Source: Nitrospirota bacterium (GTDB lineage: Bacteria > Nitrospirota > Thermodesulfovibrionia > UBA6902). Taken from it: a stretch of DNA of 64,000 bases. A program made the translations under genes and the position numbers. The first letter of the stretch is position 1. The number at the start of each line of letters is the position of its first letter. Of the stretch, positions 27,109 through 37,027 are shown piece after piece. Location of the stretch: positions 142 through 64,141 of the forward strand of contig JACRPZ010000005.1 in assembly GCA_016222905.1 (NCBI GenBank). Direction: 5' to 3'. The notes beneath the pieces were generated by a model that was given only the letters and a program-made list of their open reading frames with translations, was not told the DNA's origin and did no database searches.

Positions 27109-28999
27109 TTTATTCACTGCGTTAGTAGCTCTGATCGGAAACGTCAGCCTCATGTCCACAGGCGAGATGGACCCCGTATTTTCCATTATCGGCACAGGGT
27201 TATTCTGGGGATACTACAGGACGTTAAGAAGATACCCCTCTTTGCCAAAATGGGCAATTGGGACCCTGACTTCAACAACATTTATCATCTTCCTGATTAA
27301 CCTTTATATAAACAGGGATCTCTTTATCTCAGTTGCGCAGATGACCCTTATCTTCCAGACAATAAAATCATTTGATATCAAGGATCCATGGGATCCGCTT
27401 CAGGTTTTTTTTATGTCCCTGCTTCAATTATTGATGGCATCAGAACTGACAAATACCATATATTTCGGGATAGTATTTGTAGTTTTTGTCATTTTTTTTG
27501 TTATCTCTATTGTATTCGGACACTTTGTGAAAGAAGGGCAAGGGGCATTCAGGCTTTATCAAAAACCTATCGTATTCATTACCATAGTAACTATAATCTT
27601 AACAATTGCTTTTTTCGTATCGCTCCCAAGATTTCGCAGCAGCTTATGGGGCCAGAGTTTCTCCAAGGGAATCAAGACTTCAGGGTTTTCAGATAAGGTT
27701 GATTTTGGTTCGTTTGAAGAGTTAAAGCTTGATGAGACGGTTGTAATGAGGATACTCATAACTCCTCAAGTAAGAGGCCCCCATTATCTGAGAGGTATGA
27801 CTTTTGATTATTTTGACACAGTCGCATGGTACGACACACTTAAGCAATCGAGAAAGATATTCAGGACCGCTGATGATTTCAATGTAGATGTGCCTCCGGG
27901 AGCAAAGAAATATGAGGCGGAAATTTATCTTGAACCAATTGATACAGATGTTATTTTCACATTTAAAAGACCCTATAAAATAGAAGCCCAGGGTTTTTTT
28001 ATGCGAAGTGATAATGCCGGGTCTTTTTACATGAAGCAAAAGGCGTCAAAGAGATTTTTTTATAAGCTCTACAGTATTGACAGTTATTATGATGACAACG
28101 TAGCTATGGATTCTTATCTGCAATTTCCTGATGATACTCCGTCTGTCAAGAAAATGGCTGAGGATATCAGCGCTAAGAGCGACGGCAATCTTAAAAAGGC
28201 AGAAAAGATAAAAGAGTATCTTGTCAGCAATTACAGATATTCACTGTCTGCCGGCAACCCCCCGGAAGGCTCTAATGCGATTGAATACTTTCTTTTAAAA
28301 TCTAAAAAAGGATACTGCGAACACTTTGCGACCGCCATGGTCCTAATGCTGCGCTCCATAAATATTCCGGCAAGGCTTGTTACAGGGTTTCTGAGCAGCC
28401 AAAGAAATGACATCGGCAACTACTATATAGTAAGACAATCCGATTCCCATTCATGGGTTGAGACATTTATAGATGGGAGATGGATAACATTTGACCCCAC
28501 GCCACAGGCGGATATTTCCAGAAAATCCACCCTGCTGCTTTTTCTTGATATGATGAGATTGAACTGGAATAGATATGTTGTTGGTTTCTCCTCTTATGAC
28601 CAGAAAAAGGCGGCCAATTATCTGCTTGGTTTCAGTAAGATAAAGATAAAATTACCGGAGATTCCCTATGCCAGGATTTTTCTTGTTGTGATTGTTATAT
28701 TTATCCTTTTTATTGCCTATAAAACCAGAAAAAAAGGATATGTTCATTTAAAATATGCAGCCGTTTCAGCAGAGTATATAGGGCTGAGAAAAATGATCTC
28801 ACGATATGGCGGAAAGATAACCCCTTCCTCAACCACTGATGATGTTTTTAAAGAGGCAGTTAAAGTAGAAAGGTTTGATACGGAAGAGATAAAAAGGTTT
28901 ATTGATTATTACAGGTTATTAAGATTTTCCGGAAGGAGCGATAAGGATCTTTTGAGGGATTTTCTTCAAAGCGCAAAGGCATTGAAAAAGGCAGAATAA
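27092..28999 (+). CDS. Transglutaminase TgpA family (DUF3488 + transglutaminase core)
   Basis: GYCEHFA, HSWVE, FDPTP triad; N-terminal TMs. Confidence 0.92.
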   Translation: MPGTYNLFTALVALIGNVSLMSTGEMDPVFSIIGTGLFWGYYRTLRRYPSLPKWAIGTLTSTTFIIFLINLYINRDLFISVAQMTLIFQTIKSFDIKDPWDPLQVFFMSLLQLLMASELTNTIYFGIVFVVFVIFFVISIVFGHFVKEGQGAFRLYQKPIVFITIVTIILTIAFFVSLPRFRSSLWGQSFSKGIKTSGFSDKVDFGSFEELKLDETVVMRILITPQVRGPHYLRGMTFDYFDTVAWYDTLKQSRKIFRTADDFNVDVPPGAKKYEAEIYLEPIDTDVIFTFKRPYKIEAQGFFMRSDNAGSFYMKQKASKRFFYKLYSIDSYYDDNVAMDSYLQFPDDTPSVKKMAEDISAKSDGNLKKAEKIKEYLVSNYRYSLSAGNPPEGSNAIEYFLLKSKKGYCEHFATAMVLMLRSINIPARLVTGFLSSQRNDIGNYYIVRQSDSHSWVETFIDGRWITFDPTPQADISRKSTLLLFLDMMRLNWNRYVVGFSSYDQKKAANYLLGFSKIKIKLPEIPYARIFLVVIVIFILFIAYKTRKKGYVHLKYAAVSAEYIGLRKMISRYGGKITPSSTTDDVFKEAVKVERFDTEEIKRFIDYYRLLRFSGRSDKDLLRDFLQSAKALKKAE

Positions 29000-29184
29000 G
29001 ATATGAATATCAAAGGGACATGCGTGAGAACAAATAGTTTATTGATAAGATGATTTCAGGTCTTGCAAGAATTTTTCCAGATAAAAATATTGAGGTATGT
29101 TAAAATTGTTACCCTGATATTTGATTTTTAATTTTACGGTGGTTTAGAATCTCAGGTGTCAGAATTTATATTTCTTGGCATTGC

Positions 29185-29261
<77 letters not shown>

Positions 29262-29336
29262 TGATAATTGCAGATTTTACAGATTTAATTTATTATATAT
29301 CTGCGCAATTATAAATCCGGGAACTGAATTGAAATA

Positions 29337-29412
29337 GGGGGTGTAGCTCAGCTGGGAGAGCGCCTGGTTTGCAACCAGGAGGTCATCGGTTCGATCCCGT
29401 TCACCTCCACCA
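29337..29412 (+). tRNA. tRNA-Ala(TGC)
   Basis: GGGGGTGTAGCTCAG...TTTGCAA...GGTTCGATCCC..CTCCACCA. Confidence 0.97.
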
Positions 29413-29471
29413 TAATTTAAATTTGCAATTTTGTTGCATTTAATGTTAAGGTATTTCACTTCGAAAAGATT

Positions 29472-29587
<116 letters not shown>

Positions 29588-29599
29588 TTAATTATTAAT

Positions 29600-29637
29600 A
29601 AAAGACCCGTTGTTAAAGACGGGTCTTTTATTTTTTT
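29600..29637 (+). terminator. Intrinsic terminator after 5S rRNA
   Basis: AAAAGACCCGT-8nt-ACGGGTCTTTT followed by a T-run. Confidence 0.85.
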
Positions 29638-29748
29638 GAATGTGGGTTATCTTCATATGGCTATAAGATTTTTAAATTTCTAAATTTGCATCTTGACTTG
29701 ATGGAACAGGCTGGATTACCATAAGCAAATTTTTGCGGGGGGTTATTT

Positions 29749-30435
29749 ATGAAGGAAGTTCCAATAATATTCGGGATAAGCAATTTAATCGCTTTGGGTA
29801 TTCCTCCTTATGTTGCCTTCTCATGGGTTGCAACGGCCATTATTCTTGCAACGGCATTTATTGTAAGGTCATCCATGAAGATCGTGCCTACAGGCACACA
29901 GAATGTTGTAGAAGTAATCTGCGAATTCCTGCTTAACATTGCGGAAACATCCATCGGGCACATGGGCCGGTATTTCTTTCCGCTTATCGCCACGCTCTTT
30001 ACATATATTCTCGTTTGTAATTTTATCGGCCTGATACCGGGATTTGAAGCACCGACAGCGAATCTGAATACAACGGCAGCTCTCGCTCTTCCGGTATTTC
30101 TTGCAACTCATTTTTACGGGATAAAGGTGCATAAGTTTAGCTATCTGAAACATTTTGTCGGACCGATAAGGTCAATAGTCGCGCTGCCTTTAATGATCCT
30201 TATGTTCTGCATAGAGATTATCGGACATATTGCAAGGCCGCTTACTTTATCTGTCAGGTTGTTCGGCAATATGATGGCGAAACATATGCTGATTTTGATA
30301 CTTGCGTCATTGGCGCCGTGGATAGTGCCGATACCGATCCTGACACTCGGCGTGCTTGTAAGCGTAGTTCAGGCGCTTGTTTTCACTCTCCTGACCTCAC
30401 TGTATCTTGCCGGAGCGGTTGAAGAGGCGCACTAA
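29749..30435 (+). CDS. atpB: F0 ATP synthase subunit a
   Basis: PTANLNTT, RPLTLSVRLFGNM, VQALVF..L..LY. Confidence 0.96.
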   Translation: MKEVPIIFGISNLIALGIPPYVAFSWVATAIILATAFIVRSSMKIVPTGTQNVVEVICEFLLNIAETSIGHMGRYFFPLIATLFTYILVCNFIGLIPGFEAPTANLNTTAALALPVFLATHFYGIKVHKFSYLKHFVGPIRSIVALPLMILMFCIEIIGHIARPLTLSVRLFGNMMAKHMLILILASLAPWIVPIPILTLGVLVSVVQALVFTLLTSLYLAGAVEEAH

Positions 30436-30466
30436 ATAAATAACAGTATTCAAGAAAGGAGGAAAG

Positions 30467-30805
30467 ATGAAAAAAACACTATCAGTAATTCTGCTCTCAT
30501 TCTCATTCGTTTGTATGCTGGCTCCTTTTGCCCTTGCTGCTGAGGAGGGAGCTGCCATAACAGATGCCCAGTACGGCTACTACAGCATGGCGGTTATCGG
30601 CGCCGGAATAGCTGTCGGCATTGCTGCAGTCGGCGCAGGTCTCGGTCAGGGAATTGCCACGGGCAAGGCTGTTGAAGGCATTGCAAGGAACCCGGGAGCT
30701 TCAGGACAGATAATGACACCTCTTATCGTCGGTCTTGCAATGATGGAATCGCTTACAATCTATGGTTTTGTTATTGCTGCGCTTATCCTGTTCGTAAAAT
30801 GGTAA
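30467..30805 (+). CDS. atpE: F0 ATP synthase subunit c with N-terminal extension
   Basis: GAGLGQG, ARNP, MESLTIY. Confidence 0.95.
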   Translation: MKKTLSVILLSFSFVCMLAPFALAAEEGAAITDAQYGYYSMAVIGAGIAVGIAAVGAGLGQGIATGKAVEGIARNPGASGQIMTPLIVGLAMMESLTIYGFVIAALILFVKW

Positions 30806-31007
30806 GATTTCCTCATACTGCGGAAGGTGTCTGCTGATCTTGGTTCTTATCAGCAAACTTTGAACATTAATATCATTTATAAAAGGCAGGGGTTCTCTCC
30901 TGCCTTTTATAATCTGCCATTGAATTCTGCCTTGATTACGCAATTCTTGACGTTGTAATGTGTTAAGCTGGTTCTGGAAAAATCATCCTATTAAGAGGGA
31001 GAAGAAC

Positions 31008-31913
31008 TTGGGATTTTTTGAAAAACTTAAGCACGGACTGTCCAAAACAAGAAAGGCTATTATAGAAAAAGCCGAGGCTCTTTTCCGGGGAAGAGCCGTT
31101 AATGAAGCCCTGCTTGAAGAGCTTGAAGAACTTCTGATAATGGCTGATGTAGGCCCTCAGGCGGCATCTTCCATTACCGGAGCATTGAGAGAAAGGGTGA
31201 AGAAGGGCAAAATTTCAGATGCCGGTCAGCTTGAAGCCGCGATGAAGGAAGAGATCAGAGGAATGCTTAAAGAAGGCCACAGGATAATCTGCTCAGGCGA
31301 AAAACCATATGTGATTCTTACAGTCGGGGTAAACGGGGTCGGAAAAACTACAACCATAGGCAAGCTTGCAAGGCGCTTTACTGATCACGGCTTTACCGTA
31401 ACGCTTGCCGCAGGCGATACATTCAGGGCTGCTGCCATTGAACAGCTTGAGATATGGGCGGAGAGGGCTGGAGCCCAGATTGTTAAACATAGAAGCGGGG
31501 CAGACCCTGCCGCTGTTGCCTTTGATGCTATAGTATCTGCAAAAGCCAAAGGCATTGACGCTGTAATAATAGATACGGCGGGAAGGCTTCACACCAAAAG
31601 CAACCTTATGGAGGAGCTCAAAAAGATAAAACGTGTGATAAGCAAGGAGATGCCTTCCGCGCCTCATGAGATACTGCTTGTAGTAGATGCCACTTCAGGA
31701 CAGAATGCCATTAATCAGGCTAAAGTATTTAATGAAGCGGTTGGTATAACCGGCATAGCTTTGACAAAACTTGATGGTTCCGCAAAAGGCGGGATCGTCC
31801 TTGCAATAAATAAAGAACTCGGTATCCCTGTTAAACTTATAGGCGTAGGCGAAGGAGTTGATGATTTGCAGGACTTTAATGCCGGGGAATTTGCAGATGC
31901 GCTTTTCGGATAA
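31008..31913 (+). CDS. ftsY: Signal recognition particle receptor FtsY
   Basis: GVNGVGKTT, DTFRAAA, DTAGR, TKLDGSAKGG; TTG start after GAGGGAG. Confidence 0.95.
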   Translation: MGFFEKLKHGLSKTRKAIIEKAEALFRGRAVNEALLEELEELLIMADVGPQAASSITGALRERVKKGKISDAGQLEAAMKEEIRGMLKEGHRIICSGEKPYVILTVGVNGVGKTTTIGKLARRFTDHGFTVTLAAGDTFRAAAIEQLEIWAERAGAQIVKHRSGADPAAVAFDAIVSAKAKGIDAVIIDTAGRLHTKSNLMEELKKIKRVISKEMPSAPHEILLVVDATSGQNAINQAKVFNEAVGITGIALTKLDGSAKGGIVLAINKELGIPVKLIGVGEGVDDLQDFNAGEFADALFG

Positions 31914-31931
31914 GATAAGACAGCAGGCGAT

Positions 31932-32375
31932 ATGACCCCCAAATATCACGTAGCTGCTTCTATAACAATATCCGGTATTCTCTTTCTAATCTTCAGATCG
32001 TGGGGACTGGCAATTGCTTCATTTGTTTCAGGAGTATTTATTGACCTTGACCATGTGTTAGATTATATTTTTGAACATGGCCTCCATCTTGATATAAAAA
32101 AGTTCTTCCATTTCTTTTACGGAGAGAAGTACAAGAAACTTACCTTAATACTGCACGGATGGGAATGGCTTGTTCTTCTGGTCATTGTCTCATGGCTGAC
32201 GGACTGGAACCCTTGGGTTACAGGCTTGACGATTGGATGGGGGCAGCATATGCTTTTTGATAGACTGTATAATATTTCAACCTTTGGAACTTATTCCTTC
32301 TTCTGGCGGCTTAAGAAAGGTTTTGACACTAATAAGTTCCTCCTTAAGAACAGGAATAAATATAATCGTAACTGA
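31932..32375 (+). CDS. Small membrane protein (YdjM-like metal-dependent hydrolase motifs)
   Basis: H..., IDLDH, LHGWE, HMLFD motifs. Confidence 0.65.
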   Translation: MTPKYHVAASITISGILFLIFRSWGLAIASFVSGVFIDLDHVLDYIFEHGLHLDIKKFFHFFYGEKYKKLTLILHGWEWLVLLVIVSWLTDWNPWVTGLTIGWGQHMLFDRLYNISTFGTYSFFWRLKKGFDTNKFLLKNRNKYNRN

Positions 32376-32488
32376 CAATGGCATTTACTGCTATGAATCA
32401 TATGGCCCATATGAGCGGCGGAATTGTCATTTCGGCTTGTCTGGTCGGAGCGACTCTTCGCAGAGACTCGCTTCGAGAATCTTTCTTT

Positions 32489-32522
32489 AACAACCCCCTG
32501 TCCCCCTTTATTAAGGGGGAAT
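32489..32522. repeat. REP-like repeat (same family as 20-188)
   Basis: aacaaccccctgtccccctttattaagggggaat. Confidence 0.7.
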
Positions 32523-32536
32523 ATAGAAATAAATAG

Positions 32537-33718
32537 ATGATCATATTTTTATTTTTTCACGGCGCTTACTGGTTAGCGCATTTATACCTCTTCTTTAAAT
32601 TTAGAAATGCCTTCCCTCTTGACATTGCTGGAAGCGCAGTCCTGAGTTTATTTCTTGTCTTTATGGCGCTTTCTCCCATGTCTGCTTACATACTCATATT
32701 AAGAGCAGAACATACCGGCATCAAGAATAGAACTTATGCAAACGCTGTAATGTTTTCGGGATTTATATGGATGGGGTTGCTCATAATCTTCTTCTTTGTA
32801 TCAATCCCGATTGATCTTTACAATCTTGGCGTACGGCTTGCCGGCTTTGCTCTTCATAATGACATCAGCAAGATTATGATCTCTCAATTATCCGCATTCT
32901 TTATCCCTCTTTCCACTTCAATATGCCTTAATATCTACGGCTATTTTGCTGCAGGCGACTTGCGTGTTGAGCGGCTAACCATAAAGACATCAAAGCTTCC
33001 TGAAGACGTTGACAGGCTCACAATTGCTCAGATATCCGATGTGCACCTCGGCATTATGGTAAGGGAGAAGATGCTTGATAAAATTATTGATAATATTCTC
33101 ACAGAAGAGCCTGATCTGATAGTCTCAACAGGGGACCTAATTGATGGAGGGACAAAACATATCCGGCATTTTGCGGAAAAACTTAAAGGGGTCAACGCAA
33201 GACTGGGCAAATTCGCAGTAATAGGGAATCATGAATTCTATTCAGGCATCAAGAACTCAATACAGTTTCTTGAGGATGCCGGGTTCACAGTATTCAGAGG
33301 CCGAGGCGTTACCGCAGGTGGCCTGATAAATATTGCGGGTATAGATGATGCCGAGGGAAGAAGAAAAAATATCGCTGCTGAATCAGAAAAAGAGATCCTC
33401 TCAAGGATGCCTTCTGGATTATTTACATTGCTCTTAAAACATAAGCCGGATGTAGAGAAAGATGCGCTCGGACTCTTCGATCTTCAGCTATCCGGACATA
33501 CTCACAAAGGACAGATATTCCCCATAAATCTTGCTGTAAGGCTCTTTTTCTATCCCCACAGCAGTTACAAAAAACTTTCAAAAGGTTCGGCAATAAATGT
33601 AAGTGGAGGGGCAGGCACCGCCGGGCCTCCGATACGTCTATTCTCTCCGCCTGAAATAACAATTATTGAACTGGTAAATGATAAAATAAATATCAAAGAA
33701 CATAAGGCGTTTGTTTAA
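32537..33718 (+). CDS. Membrane-anchored metallophosphoesterase (paralog of 8994-10127)
   Basis: SDVHLG, TGDLID, GNHE, SGHTHKGQ. Confidence 0.92.
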   Translation: MIIFLFFHGAYWLAHLYLFFKFRNAFPLDIAGSAVLSLFLVFMALSPMSAYILILRAEHTGIKNRTYANAVMFSGFIWMGLLIIFFFVSIPIDLYNLGVRLAGFALHNDISKIMISQLSAFFIPLSTSICLNIYGYFAAGDLRVERLTIKTSKLPEDVDRLTIAQISDVHLGIMVREKMLDKIIDNILTEEPDLIVSTGDLIDGGTKHIRHFAEKLKGVNARLGKFAVIGNHEFYSGIKNSIQFLEDAGFTVFRGRGVTAGGLINIAGIDDAEGRRKNIAAESEKEILSRMPSGLFTLLLKHKPDVEKDALGLFDLQLSGHTHKGQIFPINLAVRLFFYPHSSYKKLSKGSAINVSGGAGTAGPPIRLFSPPEITIIELVNDKINIKEHKAFV

Positions 33719-33779
33719 AAAAACTGTTATCATTACAAACGGGAAGACTTTCTCTTGAAATTCCTGATAAGGCGATGCA

Positions 33780-34706
33780 ATGAAAAAAATGGTAATCATT
33801 TTATCGGCAGTGGCCGCAGCCGTAATCATCTTTATAATCTTCTCCGCTTATTTTAAAGATAAAGGTTCAGAATCAATCCGCAAATCAGGCATTGTGCAGG
33901 GGACGGAAGTAAACATCACGTCAAACATCCCAGGCAAGATCGCGGAATTGTGCTGTAGTGAAGGAGAGAATATAACGGCAGGTTCCGTTGCCGCATCTAT
34001 TGATAGTGACGATTTGAAAGCAGCAACTGAGCAGGCTGATGCATCTGTTCAAAGAGCAATAGCCGACATAAAAACCTCTGAAGCTAACATAGAGACAGCC
34101 AAGGCGCGCCTTGTTGAGGCAAAGCTTGATAAAGAACGGATGACAAGTCTTTTTCAGGAGAGTCTTGTCCCCCGCGCGAAATTTGATTCGTCTGAAGCAA
34201 ACTTAAATTCTGCCGCTGCAATTCACAAGGCATCTGTAAGCCAGCTTGCCTCCTCAAAGGCGAGACTGAAAGAGGCAGAGGCGATGTTTTCACAGCAAAA
34301 GGCGAGATTAAACGACACGATAATAACAACTCCCATCTCAGGAGTAGTTGTCTTCAAGGCACTGGAGAAGGGGGAATTTGTATCCCCGGGAATCACTATC
34401 TACACGATTGTTGATATGGAAGATCTATGGGTCAGGATAGATGTTGAAGAATCTCTGATCGGGATGATAAATATAGGCGATAACGCCGTCATAACTACCG
34501 ATGCAAAGCCTGACAAGAAGATAGAGGGCAGGGTCTCTGAAATAGGCAGGTATGCGGAATTTGCAACACAGAGAGACGTAAAACATGGCACGCAGGATAT
34601 TAAGACATTTCATTTAAAGATATATTTTACGGATACGGAAAGATTTTTAAAGCCCGGAATGACAGTAAATGTTGAGATACCGTCAGATAAACAAAAGATC
34701 AAGTAA
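33780..34706 (+). CDS. HlyD family membrane fusion protein
   Basis: N-terminal TM, coiled coil, TPISGVV, LKPGMT. Confidence 0.9.
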   Translation: MKKMVIILSAVAAAVIIFIIFSAYFKDKGSESIRKSGIVQGTEVNITSNIPGKIAELCCSEGENITAGSVAASIDSDDLKAATEQADASVQRAIADIKTSEANIETAKARLVEAKLDKERMTSLFQESLVPRAKFDSSEANLNSAAAIHKASVSQLASSKARLKEAEAMFSQQKARLNDTIITTPISGVVVFKALEKGEFVSPGITIYTIVDMEDLWVRIDVEESLIGMINIGDNAVITTDAKPDKKIEGRVSEIGRYAEFATQRDVKHGTQDIKTFHLKIYFTDTERFLKPGMTVNVEIPSDKQKIK

Positions 34707-34753
34707 GAGGTTTCAGTTCCTGGTTCTCCTTCACATTTCTCTTTTTTAAGACC

Positions 34754-35767
34754 ATGCAAAAACCAAATGCCATAGAGGTTTCAGGCCTGACAAAAAAATT
34801 CGGCGATCTTACTGCCGTTGATAATGTCAGTTTCAATGTTTCCTCCGATGAATTTTTCGGGTTTCTCGGCCCTAACGGCGCGGGAAAGACCACACTCATC
34901 AGAATGCTGACCACGCTCCTTAAACCTACAAGCGGCAGGGCTGTAGTGTCATGCTGCGACGTATCGGAAGAACCTAAAAAAGTCAGGGAGAGGATAGGCG
35001 TTGTACCGCAGGCAATGACCAGCGATTTAGACCTCACAGGCTTTGAAAATATGGACCTGTACGGCCGTTTTTACAGCATACCCAACAGGGAGAGGAAGGA
35101 GAAGATAAAGTACCTTCTTGACCTTGTCGGACTTACAGCCAGACAGAATGACCTTGTGGCGACCTTCTCCGGCGGAATGCGCAGGAGGCTTGAGATAGCG
35201 AGGGTGCTGGTACACTCCCCGTCCATACTATTCCTTGACGAGCCGACCATAGGGCTTGATCCCCAGAGCAGAAGGGTTGTCTGGGATTTTCTTGAGAAGT
35301 TCAGGAAGGAGGACTCCATGGCCATATTCTTAAGCACTCACTACATGGAGGAGGCAGAGGCGCTGTGCGACAGGGTCGCTATTATTGATAACGGGAAGAT
35401 AATAGCGCTTGATTCACCCAATGTACTGAAGTCACAGCTTCCGGGCAATGACATAATATCTCTTACAATATCCGATGATTCCAGACTTGAGGAGATTCAG
35501 AATGCTATTAACAGCATCTCATTTGTACATAAAGTGAAGCCGGATGGCCAGACATTACGGGTATACGTGGATAACGGCGCACTCAATCTTACAGCCCTTC
35601 TTGAAAGGGTCAAGGAGGCAGGTGGTGTTGTAACCTCTGTCAGTATACATGAACTGTCGCTGGAGGATGTCTTTATCCATTATACCGGCAAATCAATACG
35701 TGAGGAGGAGGCGAAGAAGGTGAACTTTTTTATCGGCGCCGGCATTCCCCAAAAACTTGGAAGATGA
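34754..35767 (+). CDS. ABC transporter ATP-binding protein (DrrA-like)
   Basis: GPNGAGKT, FSGGMRRR, LFLDEPT, STHYMEEA. Confidence 0.95.
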   Translation: MQKPNAIEVSGLTKKFGDLTAVDNVSFNVSSDEFFGFLGPNGAGKTTLIRMLTTLLKPTSGRAVVSCCDVSEEPKKVRERIGVVPQAMTSDLDLTGFENMDLYGRFYSIPNRERKEKIKYLLDLVGLTARQNDLVATFSGGMRRRLEIARVLVHSPSILFLDEPTIGLDPQSRRVVWDFLEKFRKEDSMAIFLSTHYMEEAEALCDRVAIIDNGKIIALDSPNVLKSQLPGNDIISLTISDDSRLEEIQNAINSISFVHKVKPDGQTLRVYVDNGALNLTALLERVKEAGGVVTSVSIHELSLEDVFIHYTGKSIREEEAKKVNFFIGAGIPQKLGR

Positions 35768-36879
35768 TAAAGCTCTTTGCAGTAATAGAGAGGGATATTA
35801 AGAAGTTCAGGCGCAATCCGGTTGTCGTGATGATGAGCCTGCTGATGCCCATAGTTTATCTCATCATTCTCGGCAACTCATTTCAGGGAAAGCTCAAGGA
35901 CCTTCCATTTGCCGTTGTAGATAACGATTCCGGCGTCTACTCAGGAAGGTTGATTGACAATCTCAGGGCAGTAGAGGCCGGGGCAAAGACTTTTTCGCTC
36001 ATCTTCTTGACCGACCAGAAGGCCGCTGTTGACGGCGTGAGAGACGGCATATACAAGGCCGCGCTTATAATCCCGCCTGACTATACTAAAAGGGTCAAAT
36101 TAAAGAAACAAGCTGAGGCAGGACTCTTTCTTGACAATACCGATACAGTATCCGCCGCGAATATAAGGGCGCTTGTCAAAAGCGCGACAGGCAGTATAAG
36201 GGAGGAGTATGTCCCTATAAGGGAAAAACCCGGTGATTCCTATATCAGAGAGATAGACCTTTACAGTATGGTTGATTATTACCAGACGCTTGTTCCAGGG
36301 GTGGTGATAATGTCTATATTCTTAGGCACGATGACTGCCGGTGTATTCAATCTCGTTATGGACAGGTTCCTCGGCATAGATGAGAGCTATCTGCTTTCAC
36401 CTTTATCAAAGACAGAGATAGTATCAGGCCTCGTCATCAGCGGGCTGATCATAACGACAATCATTGCGGTTTTTGTATTCATAGCGAGCATGTTAATCAC
36501 GGGCATACCTTTAACAAGCGGCATAGAGCAGGGTTTCTCCATATTCATTATTATTGTCCTTACAACATTAGCTCTCTTAAGCCTGATGTTCGTAATATTG
36601 GGAAGGGCAGGGCATCCGAGGATAGTCGGCATATTCAGCGGGTTTCTGAATGTCATATTCTTCTTCCCAAGCGGCGCGATATATCCGATTGAGAGTTTTC
36701 CGGGCTGGCTCAGGGCATTCGCAAAGATTAACCCGGAGGCTTATGCCGTGCATGCTTTAAAATCCGTGCTCTTCAAAGGAGCCGGGCTTGGGGTCATTCT
36801 CAGCGATCTGATATTTCTGATAATTTTCACTAATGTGATGATGGTGATAGCGATACTGACATTCAAGAGGAATATGTGA
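35764..36879 (+). CDS. ABC-2 type permease
   Basis: FFPSGAIYP...INPEAYAV; TMs. Confidence 0.92.
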   Translation: MIKLFAVIERDIKKFRRNPVVVMMSLLMPIVYLIILGNSFQGKLKDLPFAVVDNDSGVYSGRLIDNLRAVEAGAKTFSLIFLTDQKAAVDGVRDGIYKAALIIPPDYTKRVKLKKQAEAGLFLDNTDTVSAANIRALVKSATGSIREEYVPIREKPGDSYIREIDLYSMVDYYQTLVPGVVIMSIFLGTMTAGVFNLVMDRFLGIDESYLLSPLSKTEIVSGLVISGLIITTIIAVFVFIASMLITGIPLTSGIEQGFSIFIIIVLTTLALLSLMFVILGRAGHPRIVGIFSGFLNVIFFFPSGAIYPIESFPGWLRAFAKINPEAYAVHALKSVLFKGAGLGVILSDLIFLIIFTNVMMVIAILTFKRNM

Positions 36880-36934
36880 GTTTGTAAATCTTTAATTTTT
36901 GCTCTGCAACGCCATATAATAAGCGAATAAAAAT

Positions 36935-37027
36935 ATGACAGGATTAAACGAAGCCGATACATGCCGACCTGCTTTGAAAACAGCAGGCTGGTGTGATCCG
37001 CATTGGCGGATTGCTGAAATCTCATGA
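36935..37027 (+). pseudogene. Remnant N-terminus of type I restriction subunit HsdR (EcoAI-like)
   Basis: MTGLNEADTCRPALKTAGWCDPHWRIAEIS*; NEADTCR...L..AGW is the usual HsdR start; its stop overlaps the SNF2 ATG (ATGA). Confidence 0.65.

Noticed and set aside
29277-29459. 60-aa minus-strand ORF (also 22202-22387)
   Set aside because: Overlaps tRNA genes; artefact
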